Shown here piece after piece: positions 33,181 to 44,192 of a stretch of DNA of 64,000 bases. Numbering within the stretch: position 1 is the first letter of the stretch; each line of letters begins with the position of its first letter. Position numbers and translations under genes: made by a program. The notes under the pieces were generated by a model. It made no database searches. It was given only the letters and a program-made list of their open reading frames with translations, and was not told where the DNA came from. Origin of the DNA: Prorocentrum cordatum (lineage: Eukaryota); contig CAUYUJ010000061.1 in assembly GCA_963575745.1 (NCBI GenBank), forward strand, positions 1 to 64,000, given 5' to 3'.

Positions 33181-34937
33181 TCAACAATTCGTTTGAGCTC
33201 TAGTATTTTTTCCCGTGATATTCGATCTTATTCCCGCTCGCCATCTTGATCTCAGCTCGATCGGGTAACTTTGAAGGCCAAAAAGCACTGTGGCGGGAAC
33301 CGCCGTTTCGAGTCATCTTGACAGGCGCTGTCGGTTTTCTGAACATAACTCGAGCTCTAGGGCAGCTACAAGGCTTGGTAACATACTAAAATGCATGCAG
33401 AATGGATCAGGCGCGTTTTCGCCTGTTTGATCCCAAGGGCTGGAAACTCGGTCTGTCAGCCGAGCTAGGTCCGCCAAACGCTGTTTTGTATTATTCGAGT
33501 CCATGTTTGAATACGCGTTGTTCCATATAATTTTCTACTTAACTCGAGCTGTAGGGCAGCTACAGTGCTGGTAAGCACACCTATCGCACTCAGAATAATC
33601 AGGCGCGTTCGCCTGTTGAATCGATAGGTCTGAACTCGGTCTGCTAGGCGAGCTAGGTCCGCAAACCTATTCGTATTATTCGAGTCGACTTGATACGCGT
33701 TGTCGGTATTTTCTACTTAACTCGAGCTGTAGGGCAGCTACAGTGCTGGTAAGCACACGTATCGCACTCAGAATCATCAGGCGCGTTCGCCTGTTGAATC
33801 CAGAGCTCTAATTCGGGCTGTATGGAGGGCTGCAGGGCGGGTAATCACAGGAATCGATTCGGAGACATCAGACGCGTCCGTCTGTCGCATTGAGAGGTCT
33901 AAACTCGGTCTGATACTCGAGTTGGGCTCAAAAACTCTTCGTTCTCTGCAATTTTTTCCGACAGTATATGTTGTCAGGAAGCTCGACGAGTCCCCCGGCG
34001 GTAAGAAAGGTTGACGGTTTACCGCCGGCGCCCATCGATGAGCTAGAGGAATTCCGGCGCGGGGTGGAGCTAGTTGGTCGACCCGACCAGAAAGGACAAA
34101 GTGTTAACTTTTGGGTGGTTTTGTCATACCTCGTAGAGCTCTTCGGCATCGATGAGCTAGAGGAATTCCGGCGCGGGGTGGAGCTAGTTCGCCGGCCCGG
34201 CCTTAAGAGACAAAGTGATGACTTTGGGTCGGTTTTGCTGAGATTTGAAAGATATTTGACAATTATTTTTGAGAAACCATATTTTTCTCACGTGCAGTGG
34301 GTTATGCCGCGTCTGCCAGTAAAATTTTCAGGTCCGTAGCTGCAATATTACTATCGAAAGACTTGCAGGAACCGATTTTGGATGGAAACCGAAAAATCGT
34401 TCGGATCTCGCTTTAGAAGTTTCCCTGATCTGTTCTGAGGAGCGCCGCTGTGCAACAAAAGGACTCTACGAGGTGCCCGGCTGTGCAACAAAAGAACAAA
34501 AGGCTCAAGCTGCATTGTGCAGAAAGGAGTCTTTGGTTCCTCATACTGTACACGGTGCTTCAGTGTCTGTTTTGCCTGAGTACCGTACACGTTCAGTGAT
34601 TGTCGGAGTGCGCATTGACTGTTCAGATTGTCGGAGTACCGTGCGCTTTCATTGAGTGTCGAAGGCCTGTGCACATTCTTTGTGGTAGCCTACGAGTACC
34701 GTACACACTCATTCTTTGCTTGACTCAGATTCCCGCACGCGTGCTGCAGAGTGTCTTTTGCCTGAGTACCGTACACACTCTTTGGAGGTCGAGTTTGACA
34801 TCTGTTCAACACTCTTGTGAGGACATCTGTTCGACACGACGACAGATTCTAAGCGTTCGCGTGAGGACATCAATTTCTTGGAACAGTGGGGGTTTCCAGA
34901 GGAGCTCAAGTATTCGAACACCGTCACCTTCGCAGCG

Positions 34938-36014
34938 ATGTCTCAGCAACACCCAGCAGGTGCGCCCTGTTGTAAGAAGAGTAAGGCTGTGGGTGAGGAT
35001 GAGGATATGATTCAGGCAAGCAGTGTGGAGGAGGAGCAGTTCGGCGAATTTGATGACGGCAATCCTATGAAGCAACAGTTTGCTATGATGAAGGCTATGC
35101 TAGCTAAACAGAACACTCAGAAGAAAAGAATTTCACGGATTGAGCAGGATGTGAAACGGATCGACCAGCGTGGTGAGAAAAATGAGGCTGACATTGCTGC
35201 TATGCAGCAGCAGATCCGCTCGCTTCAGCAGAAGGGTCCACCCAGTGATGCAGGATCAGGGTCCACGGATGCTTGGAGTAACTATGCGGGCCCTGCGGGC
35301 TCCTCTGCTACGGCCACTGCTCCCAGGTATGGTAATCGTACGCCAATTCGCGAATGGAATCGAGTGCGGGAGGATTTTACACCGACCTTCAACCAACTCA
35401 CAGGTTGGGCGCGAGGTGGAGTCGGCAATCTCAAGACTCGTTCATCGGATATGCTCTCCTGGGATCATGCCCTGCCTGTCATTCGTAAATTTGTCCGTGG
35501 CACAGGAAAGATGACTGAGGAGCATTTCGACATGAGTAGGATCGAGCGGGAGCACAAAAATAAACCATATGGTCTTTATCGTATACGATTCTATGTTATA
35601 AGTGGCAAGTTGACGAACGATGAAATTTGGGAGATACGCAACTCTTGGGCCGTCGAGCTTGAGAATGACACGCACGACTTGAAGCAAGTCACTCCCATCC
35701 TGGCCAACAAGCGTCTCGGCGTATCCTGTGAACCAGCACCCTGGAAGCAGCCACATGTTTCTGCCGTGGGTCGTTGTCAAGCTATCTTTGCTACTCTCAG
35801 GAGTGGATCCCAGTGGCTGAAGGGTGAGATGGGTCCTCCTGTCAGCTATGTGTGGGGCTACCCTTCGGCCACGACGCCGAAGACGGATGGAGTATGCATT
35901 GCCGTGTTTGATCCTAACTTGGGGTGGAAGGTTGACGCCGAGCTGCTGCGTAAGGTCGATGACAAGTTGGATTGCGAGGTCTTTCTGGCCAAGCTCAACT
36001 TTCGTACCTGGTGA
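34938..36014 (+). CDS. LINE family 2 ORF1 protein, ~358 aa
   Basis: First in-frame ATG at 34938; coiled coil; APWKQPHVSAVGR aligns with family 1 PPWKEDHINAVGR. Confidence 0.85.
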   Translation: MSQQHPAGAPCCKKSKAVGEDEDMIQASSVEEEQFGEFDDGNPMKQQFAMMKAMLAKQNTQKKRISRIEQDVKRIDQRGEKNEADIAAMQQQIRSLQQKGPPSDAGSGSTDAWSNYAGPAGSSATATAPRYGNRTPIREWNRVREDFTPTFNQLTGWARGGVGNLKTRSSDMLSWDHALPVIRKFVRGTGKMTEEHFDMSRIEREHKNKPYGLYRIRFYVISGKLTNDEIWEIRNSWAVELENDTHDLKQVTPILANKRLGVSCEPAPWKQPHVSAVGRCQAIFATLRSGSQWLKGEMGPPVSYVWGYPSATTPKTDGVCIAVFDPNLGWKVDAELLRKVDDKLDCEVFLAKLNFRTW

Positions 36015-39000
36015 AGGTGCCATGGCGCCATCGTGGGCACGTATAACGTGAGGCGCTGTGGCAGCATGAACAGCCACGACATGCTTGCTCAGATCAAGAC
36101 CTCGAATTCGGAAGTTCTCGCTTTGCAGGAGTGCCAGTTCCTTGGAATAGGTAGGTGCTCTGAGCATGGTTTCACCTTAACTCTTTCTAATGATGGGAAG
36201 GCCGGGGTTCTCTACAAGAGGGTGTGGAGAGCCTCCATACGTGAATGCATCAGGGGTAATCGTTATGTCATTCTCGTGTTTCAATCGTTGATTGTTGCCA
36301 GCTTGTACTTACCACATGCGCCGAAAAAAGGGGATCACAATATCTTATTCACACAAACATTGCAGTCGTTTCGAAAGGATTTGGATACGCTCCGAGTTAG
36401 GTTTCCCAAGGAAGGGTGGGACTTGTTCATCGGGATGGATGCTAACGTTGAGCTTCTGCCTCACACGGTATTTGGAGATGTTGCTTTGACTGGTTCTGCA
36501 GTGCAGGGTGAGAGATTTGAAGAAGGGGACAATGCAGGAGGAGGTGGACGTGGAGGTTTCCAGCAGGGTAGGAGGAGGATGCAACAATACATGTGTGACG
36601 AGCTCTGTGAATGTATGTGGCATTATGATTTGGTTTTCTCGATTTCTTTTGGGACCCGTCGTACGACCTGGAAGGCCAGGGAGGAGACGGAGGAGGAGGA
36701 CAAGGTTCTTGATTACCTGTGTATTCCGAGCTCCTGGGAAAGGCCTCAGTGGGAGGTGTCGTGGTTAAGGCCAACACTCAGGGGCTCTGTGGACCCCAGA
36801 AAGACCCGCCTGTCGGACCATGCCCTGCTCACCTTGCTTGTCCCCGAATCGGCCGCTCCGACTCGACGTTGGAGAACGAAGCCACGACAAACGTTCACTC
36901 ATTGGTGCTGCGACGAAGCCTCGGAATTGCAAGTTTCGGCTAACCTTGATCGTCGTTTGCATGCTGCAGCTCGTTACCCATCTGGTCTCTGCCCGGATGA
37001 ATTGGCTCCTGTTATCTTGAATGCATGTACACAGGACAAGGAGTCATACACCAATGTCCCAAAGAAAATGCAGATCCCCAAAAAGACAGATCGTCATAAG
37101 GAACTTGATGATGAATATCGCCGACTGCGTCGTGAAGGAGGGGAGGAGGAGGAGCTCATCAGGGTTAAGAAAGAGAGAAGGAAGGAGATGCGTGCACACA
37201 CTCGTCGTCGACTCGAATACGATCATCGTGACGGGAAGCTCGCTCGGACGGTGGTGGACAAATTGAGTTATGACGATGTGCTCACGGAGGATAGGGAGTT
37301 GTGGGAGAAGGCGCTCTATGCTCACGGGTTCGCCAAGTACCACTGTGCTGCGCAAGGGATACGTAACGTGGAGTGTATCGAGGAGAGGAGGAGGAGGAGG
37401 TTGCAGGACACGAACACAGTGGACGTCTCCCCCATTTCCATGTCCGTATTGTTACAGGCACGATCACGCTTAAAGTGTGGTAAGGCGGTGGGTAAGGACG
37501 GAGTTTCTCCTTCTATGTTGAAACGTATCACGTGGGTAGGTTTGCGTCATATTCTTCGGTTATTCCAAGACCTGTATCTTCAACGGTATCCTACTCCTCG
37601 GATTTGGTCTGAGTTGCTTGTGGTGTTGATGCCGAAAGCTAAAGATATCACTAAGTTGTCTGATACTCGTGCTCTCGTCTTACTTAGCAGCCTAAGCAAA
37701 TGGTATACTTCATGTTTGGTTGAGATTGCTGAAGGTTATCTGAAAAGGGTCCCACAATATCTACATAACTACGGATTTTGCAAGGGAAGGCGCACGCACG
37801 AGATCACTGCCATGCTTAAGCATGCCACCACACACGCTCTGGAGTGGGGGAAAGATGAGACCCTGCACCTCGCGTCATTAGATGTGCAGACTGCCTTTGA
37901 TAACGTCACGGTTGAGAAGGCCAGTCGGGCCTTGGATGCCATCCCTGGGTTCCCCAATGACCTTGCGTTGGCGCTACTCGCTCCCAGTATCCTGGACACA
38001 GCGGACTTTACCTTTCAGGACTCCACGGCGACGGGTATTCCCTGGGATGCATGTGTACGTACTGGTAGTGTGGAGGCCCCCTTCCTGTGGAAGTGTGTGA
38101 CACTACTGATGTGGGATAGGATTGTACTGAATTGGGAGGAGGAGAAGTTGGGGTACGATTTGGGGGTGGAGGCTGGTGGGAGGTATCTTACTCATGCGCT
38201 CTGGGCCGATAACATTTTGCTTTTCTCGAAATCAAAGACTGAGCTCACACGTATGGTGGGGGACTTCTCGGCTCAGCTGTATACGCACGGTTTCAGATGG
38301 AAAGATTCCTCACTACACTATCTTGCCTTTGGGGAGGACTCTGAAGGCGCCTCGACGGGGAACCTCGTTGTCCAGGTGAACGATCTCGGTACCCTGTGTC
38401 TTCCGCGATGCTCTGAAATGGAGTGCCTGGGTTGCCTGGTCACGACCAAGACTGACAAACACCATGATGTGGCTTGGAAATTGGCTCGGGGTTGGAAGCG
38501 ATTTAACCAGTTCCGCAAGTTTTATACGAATCGTGCTGTACCCTTCCAGAAGAAAATCAAGCATTATGAATCTAGGTTGCGTAGTTTTGTACTTTTCGGT
38601 GTTGAAGGCATGCCAGCGGACCACCACACTTTGAAACAGTTGCACACGTGGGAAGGTAAAATATTGTGTTCTATGGTACGCCGCCCGAAACCTGCCGACA
38701 TGGATTGGAGTATATACTTATGCAACTTGTACAAACGTGGGCGGCGTATGCTCCTGGAATTGGGACGGCCGTCTCTTGTGCAGCTATTCTTGTTTCGTCA
38801 GTGGCAGTGGGCTCAGGACTGTACGTTTACTGTGAAACGCCTGAACCCAACACCCGCACAGATTCCTCCAGGTACTTTTGATTCTTCAGGCAAGCCTGGC
38901 CCCAACGTCTTTGCTGCGTGTGAGCCACCGCCGGCCAAGAGACAACGTCAGGATGAACCCATGTATGTGCTACCAAGTATTGCGTGCTCGACATCAATGG

Positions 39001-40193
39001 GATGTCATCCTGACGTGTGTGAGACGATGCATGCTGTTGATTCCTTTGAGCTCCCTGGTTCTCAGACACAATTACCCGCGCATCGGCGCAATCTGATTTC
39101 CCAGATGCATAAGCGTGCAAAGACATTCCATCCATCTCAGGATTCTCTGTCGCAAAAGCGTTCCTCTGTTGAGTTGCCGTCGCAGGAAATCGCTGCAAAC
39201 AAGCGGCGACGGGTGGCTCCACCTCAGCATCGTAGTACAGGGGACTCGCATATGCAGGCTAGAGAATGTATTTTTGCATGGTCGGGGGAGTGGACTGACC
39301 GACGGCAGGCCTTCATTGCATCGCTGCCTTGGAAAGAACGCCCATTAATGACGCGTCGGCATGAGGGGGGGAGACCACTGGCGTTGAGAAACTTCCATTA
39401 CATTTTCGAGTTGGTATCAGGGAAGGATTGGTATCACACGTTATCCTTTTCACGTCAGGGATGGAAAGAATTTCTGAAGCGGGCACTGGATGTTACTAAC
39501 ATGGAGGAGGCGTGGGGGTACTGTTACTTTAAACATGCACAACCTGCGGGATATGCTAGGGAGGAGGAGGAGAGGGAGAAGACGGAGGAGCAGCAAAGGA
39601 AGGAGGACGAGAAGATGGAGAAACGACTTGCGTACATTAATGAACATGCATCGGAGTGGAATGCGGAGCCTCGGGACTCGATACCGATGGAATTGATTGG
39701 GGACTCCGCCACAGGGGTGAATTGGATTAACGGTCTCTGGGCAACATCCAATATTATCTACAAGCACATTCTTGGCGACATTCAAAATAGGCTGGAGCAT
39801 ATCTCTGTGTTGTATGGTATGAGGCCTCCGAGTTGGGGCCACAATATGTTCAAGTGGATCTATCGAAAAGGAAACGAAAGAGCTGACAGGCTGACATGGT
39901 TGGCCAGAACCAAAAATAGTTACGTTACGTTCCATACCTCACTTATTGAACATGCGAGTAAAACAAAACTAGACGGCCTCCGTGGATTCTTCGACGGAGG
40001 TCGCTCTGTGGAGGGATGTGCTGCAGGATGGTGTATAGATTTGTGTGTACACGGGACGTGGCAGTTGGTGGCGGAGGAAGCTGTCTCGCTTGATGCCTCT
40101 GCTTCTGTCATGTTTTGTGAGATGATTGCAGCACAACGGCTCTGTATGGCCGTGGAGCACATTTTGGGTAGCATCTTTCATCCAAGCAGCTGA
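36015..40193 (+). CDS. LINE family 2 ORF2: APE, RT (WADN), permuted RNase H; no ATG before the first APE motif
   Basis: GTYNV, LQE, DAN, LDY, SDH; GKDG, DVQTAFD, RTGSVEAP, WADN (38202-38213); GDS (39699), NERAD, FDGG, CEM. Confidence 0.92.
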   Translation, partial: RCHGAIVGTYNVRRCGSMNSHDMLAQIKTSNSEVLALQECQFLGIGRCSEHGFTLTLSNDGKAGVLYKRVWRASIRECIRGNRYVILVFQSLIVASLYLPHAPKKGDHNILFTQTLQSFRKDLDTLRVRFPKEGWDLFIGMDANVELLPHTVFGDVALTGSAVQGERFEEGDNAGGGGRGGFQQGRRRMQQYMCDELCECMWHYDLVFSISFGTRRTTWKAREETEEEDKVLDYLCIPSSWERPQWEVSWLRPTLRGSVDPRKTRLSDHALLTLLVPESAAPTRRWRTKPRQTFTHWCCDEASELQVSANLDRRLHAAARYPSGLCPDELAPVILNACTQDKESYTNVPKKMQIPKKTDRHKELDDEYRRLRREGGEEEELIRVKKERRKEMRAHTRRRLEYDHRDGKLARTVVDKLSYDDVLTEDRELWEKALYAHGFAKYHCAAQGIRNVECIEERRRRRLQDTNTVDVSPISMSVLLQARSRLKCGKAVGKDGVSPSMLKRITWVGLRHILRLFQDLYLQRYPTPRIWSELLVVLMPKAKDITKLSDTRALVLLSSLSKWYTSCLVEIAEGYLKRVPQYLHNYGFCKGRRTHEITAMLKHATTHALEWGKDETLHLASLDVQTAFDNVTVEKASRALDAIPGFPNDLALALLAPSILDTADFTFQDSTATGIPWDACVRTGSVEAPFLWKCVTLLMWDRIVLNWEEEKLGYDLGVEAGGRYLTHALWADNILLFSKSKTELTRMVGDFSAQLYTHGFRWKDSSLHYLAFGEDSEGASTGNLVVQVNDLGTLCLPRCSEMECLGCLVTTKTDKHHDVAWKLARGWKRFNQFRKFYTNRAVPFQKKIKHYESRLRSFVLFGVEGMPADHHTLKQLHTWEGKILCSMVRRPKPADMDWSIYLCNLYKRGRRMLLELGRPSLVQLFLFRQWQWAQDCTFTVKRLNPTPAQIPPGTFDSSGKPGPNVFAACEPPPAKRQRQDEPMYVLPSIACSTSMGCHPDVCETMHAVDSFELPGSQTQLPAHRRNLISQMHKRAKTFHPSQDSLSQKRSSVELPSQEIAANKRRRVAPPQHRSTGDSHMQARECIFAWSGEWTDRRQAFIASLPWKERPLMTRRHEGGRPLALRNFHYIFELVSGKDWYHTLSFSRQGWKEFLKRALDVTNMEEAWGYCYFKHAQPAGYAREEEEREKTEEQQRKEDEKMEKRLAYINEHASEWNAEPRDSIPMELIGDSATGVNWINGLWATSNIIYKHILGDIQNRLEHISVLYGMRPPSWGHNMFKWIYRKGNERADRLTWLARTKNSYVTFHTSLIEHASKTKLDGLRGFFDGGRSVEGCAAGWCIDLCVHGTWQLVAEEAVSLDASASVMFCEMIAAQRLCMAVEHILGSIFHPSS

Positions 40194-43080
40194 CTCATTT
40201 CATCTTGCTTGGAGCTCTCCAACACCTTTACATTTTCACATGTTGTATTGCATCCTTTTCCTTGTTCCTGCATCCTATTCCGTTGCCTATGCCTCAGTGG
40301 CTCGGCAGTGTGATGATAAGAGTTGCCCTCTCCAGCTACCCTGTGCTCCGTTTGGGAGTCTTAGGGCTCAGCTGTCACAGCTGTCCGCGCCCTGACTCAA
40401 ACTCAAACTCAAAAACCTGGTTCACGGTTTACCGCCGGTTCCCAGTTCCGGCGCGCTGGAGAGCTAGTTGGCTCGAAAAAAAAGAACTGAACTTTTCACA
40501 ACTTTTGATCGGTTGAAAATAACTCGTATAGCTTCCCTTAGCTAGTTATAGCTGGAAGCTTAGAGTAATTCCGGCGCGCTGGAGAGCTAGTTGGCAAGAA
40601 AAATCCGACGGAACACTTTTGATGACTTTTGCTCGGTTGAAATTTTCGTTCTCGAAATTTGAACAATTCGTTAGAGCTCTAGTATTTTTTCCCGTGATAT
40701 TCGATCTTATTCCCGCTCTCCATCTTGATCTCAGCTCGATCGGGTAACTTTGAAGGCCAAAAAGCACTCTGGCGGGATCGGCCGTTTCGAGTGATCTTGA
40801 TATGCGCTGACGGTTTTCTGAACATAACTCGAGCTCTAGGGCAGGTACAGAGCTGGTAAGCACAGCTAATGCATGCAGAATGATCAGGCGCGTTCGCCTG
40901 TTGAACCGAGAGGTCTGAACTCGGTCTGTCAGCTGAGCTAGATCCGCAAACCTGTTTGTATTATTTAAGTAAACTTGGTACGTGTTGTCGGTATTTTATA
41001 CTTAACTCGAGCTGTAGGGCAGCTGCAGTGCTGGTAAGCACTCGTATCGCACTCAGAATGATCAGACGCGTTCGCCTATCGAATCGATAGGTCTAAACTC
41101 GGTCTGCTAGCCGAGCTAGGTCTGCAAACCTATTCGTATTACTCGAGTCAACTTGATACGCGTTCTCGGTATTTCCTACTTAACTCGAGCTGTAGGCAGC
41201 TACAGTGCTGGTAAGCACACCTACCGCACTCAGAATTATCAGACGCGTTCGCCGGTTCAATACAGAGCTCTGAACTCGGTCTGTTGCGCGATCCAGAATC
41301 ACGAATCTGTTCGTATTCTTCCAGTCATCTTGAGAGCTATTGTCGGCGTTCTGCACTTAATTCGGGCTGTAGGGAGGCTGTAGGGCGGGTAATCACAGGA
41401 ATCGATTCGGAGACATCAGACGCGTGCGTCTGTCGCATTCAGAGGTGAACTACCGTCTCGATACTCGAGTTGGGCTGCAAAACTATTCGTTCTCTGCAAT
41501 TTTTTCCGACAGTATATGTTGTCAGGAAGCTCTACGCAGTCCCCCGGGGCGGTAACAAGGTTTGACGTTTGACCGCCGGCGCCCAGTTGGCAAGAAAAAT
41601 CTCGACGGACCTTTTGGTGACTTTTGGTCGGTTGAAAATTTTGTTCTCGAAATTTGACAATTCGTTAGAGCTCTAGTATTTTTTTCCCGTGATATTCGAT
41701 CTTATTCCCGCTCGCCATCTTGATCTCAGCTCGATCGGGTAACTTTGAAGGCCAAAAAGCACGGTGGCGGGAACGGCCGTTTCGAGTCATCTTGCTACGG
41801 TCTGTCGGTATTTTCAACTTAACTCGAGCTGTAGGGCAGCTACAGTGCCTGTAAGCACAGCTATCGCACTCAGAATCATCAGGCGCGTTCGCCTGTTCAA
41901 TCCAGAGGTCTGAACTCGGTCTGCTACCCGAGCTAGGTCCGCAAATCTATTCGTATTATTCGAGTCAACTTGATACGCGTTGTCGGTATTTTCTACTTAA
42001 CTCGAGCTGTAGGGCAGCTACAGTGCTGGTAAGCACACCTATCGCACTCAGAATCATCAGGCGCGTTCGCCTGTTGAATCCAGAGGTCTGAACTCGGTTT
42101 GCTAGCCGAGCTAGAGCTCTAAACCTATTCCTATTATATTCGTATTATTCGAGTCAACTTGATACGCGTTGTCGGTATTTTCTGCTTAACTCGAGGTCTA
42201 GGGCAGCTACAGTGCTGGTAAGCACACCTATCGCACTCAGAATCGTCAGGCGCGTTCGCCTGTTAAATCCATAGGTCTAAACTCGGTCTGCTAGCTGGGC
42301 TAGGTCCGCAAACCTATTCGTATTATTCGAGTCATCTTGACAAACGCTCTCGGTTTTCTGTACTTAACTCGAGCTTTAGGGCAGTTAGAGAGCCTATAGT
42401 CACATAAATCGATTGGGAATCATCGGGCGCGTTTGTCTGTTGTATCGAGAGCTCTGAACTCGGCCTGCTGCCCGAGCTAGCTTCGCGAAACTATTCGTAT
42501 TCTCCGAATCATCGTGCAACGTGCTCTCAATTTTCTGCACTCAACTCGTGCTGGGGGAGGGCTACAGTGCTGCGGGTCATAGAAATCGATTTGCACACAT
42601 CAGACGCGTTCGTTGGACGATTCGAAAGCTCAGAACTTGATTTGCTGCTCGAAACAGATTCGCGAAACTATTGTATTATTCGAGTCATTCTGAGAGATGC
42701 TCTCGGTTTTCTGCACTTAACTCGGGCTGTCGGGGGGCTGCAGGGCTGGTAATCACATGAGTCGATTCGCAGACATCAGACGCGTCCGCCTGTCGCATTG
42801 CGAGGTCTGAACTCGGTCTGATACTCGAACTGGATTGCGAAACTGTTTGTTTTTTTGTTAGAGTCATGGAAACTAGTCGTTCTCTGGATTATTTCCCACT
42901 CTATATACTGTCAGGAAGCTCTACGAGTCCCCCGGCGGTAAGAAAGGTTGACGGTTTACCGCCGGCGCCCAGTGCGGCGTTCCGCGCTTGGCTTTGCTAT
43001 TCGGGTTTTGGACGCTTACAAGTTGGCCGACCGGACGTTAAGAGACAATGTGGTGACTTCGGGTCGGTTTTGCAAAGATT

Positions 43081-44192
43081 AACTCGTAGAGCTTCCCTTA
43101 GCAAGTTATTGCTGGAAGCTTAAGAGTAATTCCGGGGAGCTGGAGAGCTAGTTGGCAACAAAAATCTCGACGAACCTTTTGCTGACTTTTGGTCGGTTGA
43201 AAATTCTGTTCTTCAAATTTGACAATTCGTTTCAGTTCTAGTATTTTTTCCCATGCTATTCGATCTTATCTCCGCTCGCCATCTTGATCTGAGCTCGATC
43301 GGGTAACTTTCAAGGCCAAAAAGCAGGCAGGCGGGAACGGCCGTTTCGAGTCATCTTGATACGCGTTGTCAGTATTTTGTCTTCAACTCGAGCTGTAGGA
43401 CTGCTACAGAGCTGGTAAGCACACCTATTGCATTCAGAATCATCAGCCGCGTTCGCCTGTTGAATCGAGAGGTCTGAACTCGGTCTGCTAGCCGAGCTAG
43501 GTCCGCAAACCTATTCGTATTATTCGAGTCATCTTGACAGATGCTCTCGGTCTTCGGTACTTAACTCGAGCTGTGGGGCAGCTACAGAGCTCATAGTCAC
43601 AAAAATCGATTGGGAGTCATCACGCGTTCGTCTGTTGAATCGAAAGCTTTGAACTCGGTCTGCTGCCCGAGCTAGGTTCGCGAAACTATGCGTATTCTCC
43701 GAATCATCTTGGGAAGTTCTCTCATTTTTCTGCACTCAACTTGTGCTGGGAGAGGGCTACAGTGCTGCTGGTCACATAAATCGTTTCGGACACATCAGGC
43801 GCGTCCGTCCGTCGAACCCAAAGCTCGAAACTTGGTCTGCTGCTCGAACTAGGTCCGCGAAACTATTATATTATTCGAGTCATCCTGGGAGATGCTGTCG
43901 GTTTTCTGCATTTGACTCGGGCTGTAGGGGGGCTGCAGGACTGGTAATCACATGAGTCGATTCGTAGACATCAGACGCGTCCGCCTGTCGCACTCAAGTC
44001 TGAACTCGTTTGATATATTCGAACTGTGTTGCGAAACTGCTTGTTTTTTTTGAGTCATCTAGAGAGGTCCGAAATCGCTTGGGCTGAAAAACTAGTCGTT
44101 CTCTGGAATTTTCTCCACATTATATACTGTCAGGAAGCTCTACGAGTCCCCCGGCGGTAAGAAAGGTTGACGGTTTACCGCCGGCGCCCAGT
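43081..44192 (+). mobile_element. Complete 1.1-kb type-A non-autonomous element inserted at T^T in a type-B element, no TSD
   Basis: Starts AACTCGTAGAGCTTCC and ends GGAAGCTCTACGAGT-hairpin-CCCAGT; the flanks AGATT^TGAAAGATATT are contiguous at ~34241-34256. Confidence 0.92.

Larger units (their letters stand above)
27084..34480 (+). mobile_element. Nested/tandem array of non-autonomous Helentron-associated elements (HINE/DINE-like)
   Basis: Recurrent subTIR+hairpin ends finishing at 28277, 29294, 30172, 31173, 32412, 32714, 33180 and ~34033; shared bodies; no coding ORF. Confidence 0.85.
34503..40413 (+). mobile_element. Site-specific APE-type non-LTR retrotransposon, family 2 (5' end slightly truncated/rearranged)
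   Basis: Shared leader core at ~34507-34563; ORF1 and ORF2; (CTCAAA)3 tail directly followed by AACCTGGTTCACGGTTTACCGCCGG; remnant subTIR and arm upstream at ~34462-34481. Confidence 0.92.
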
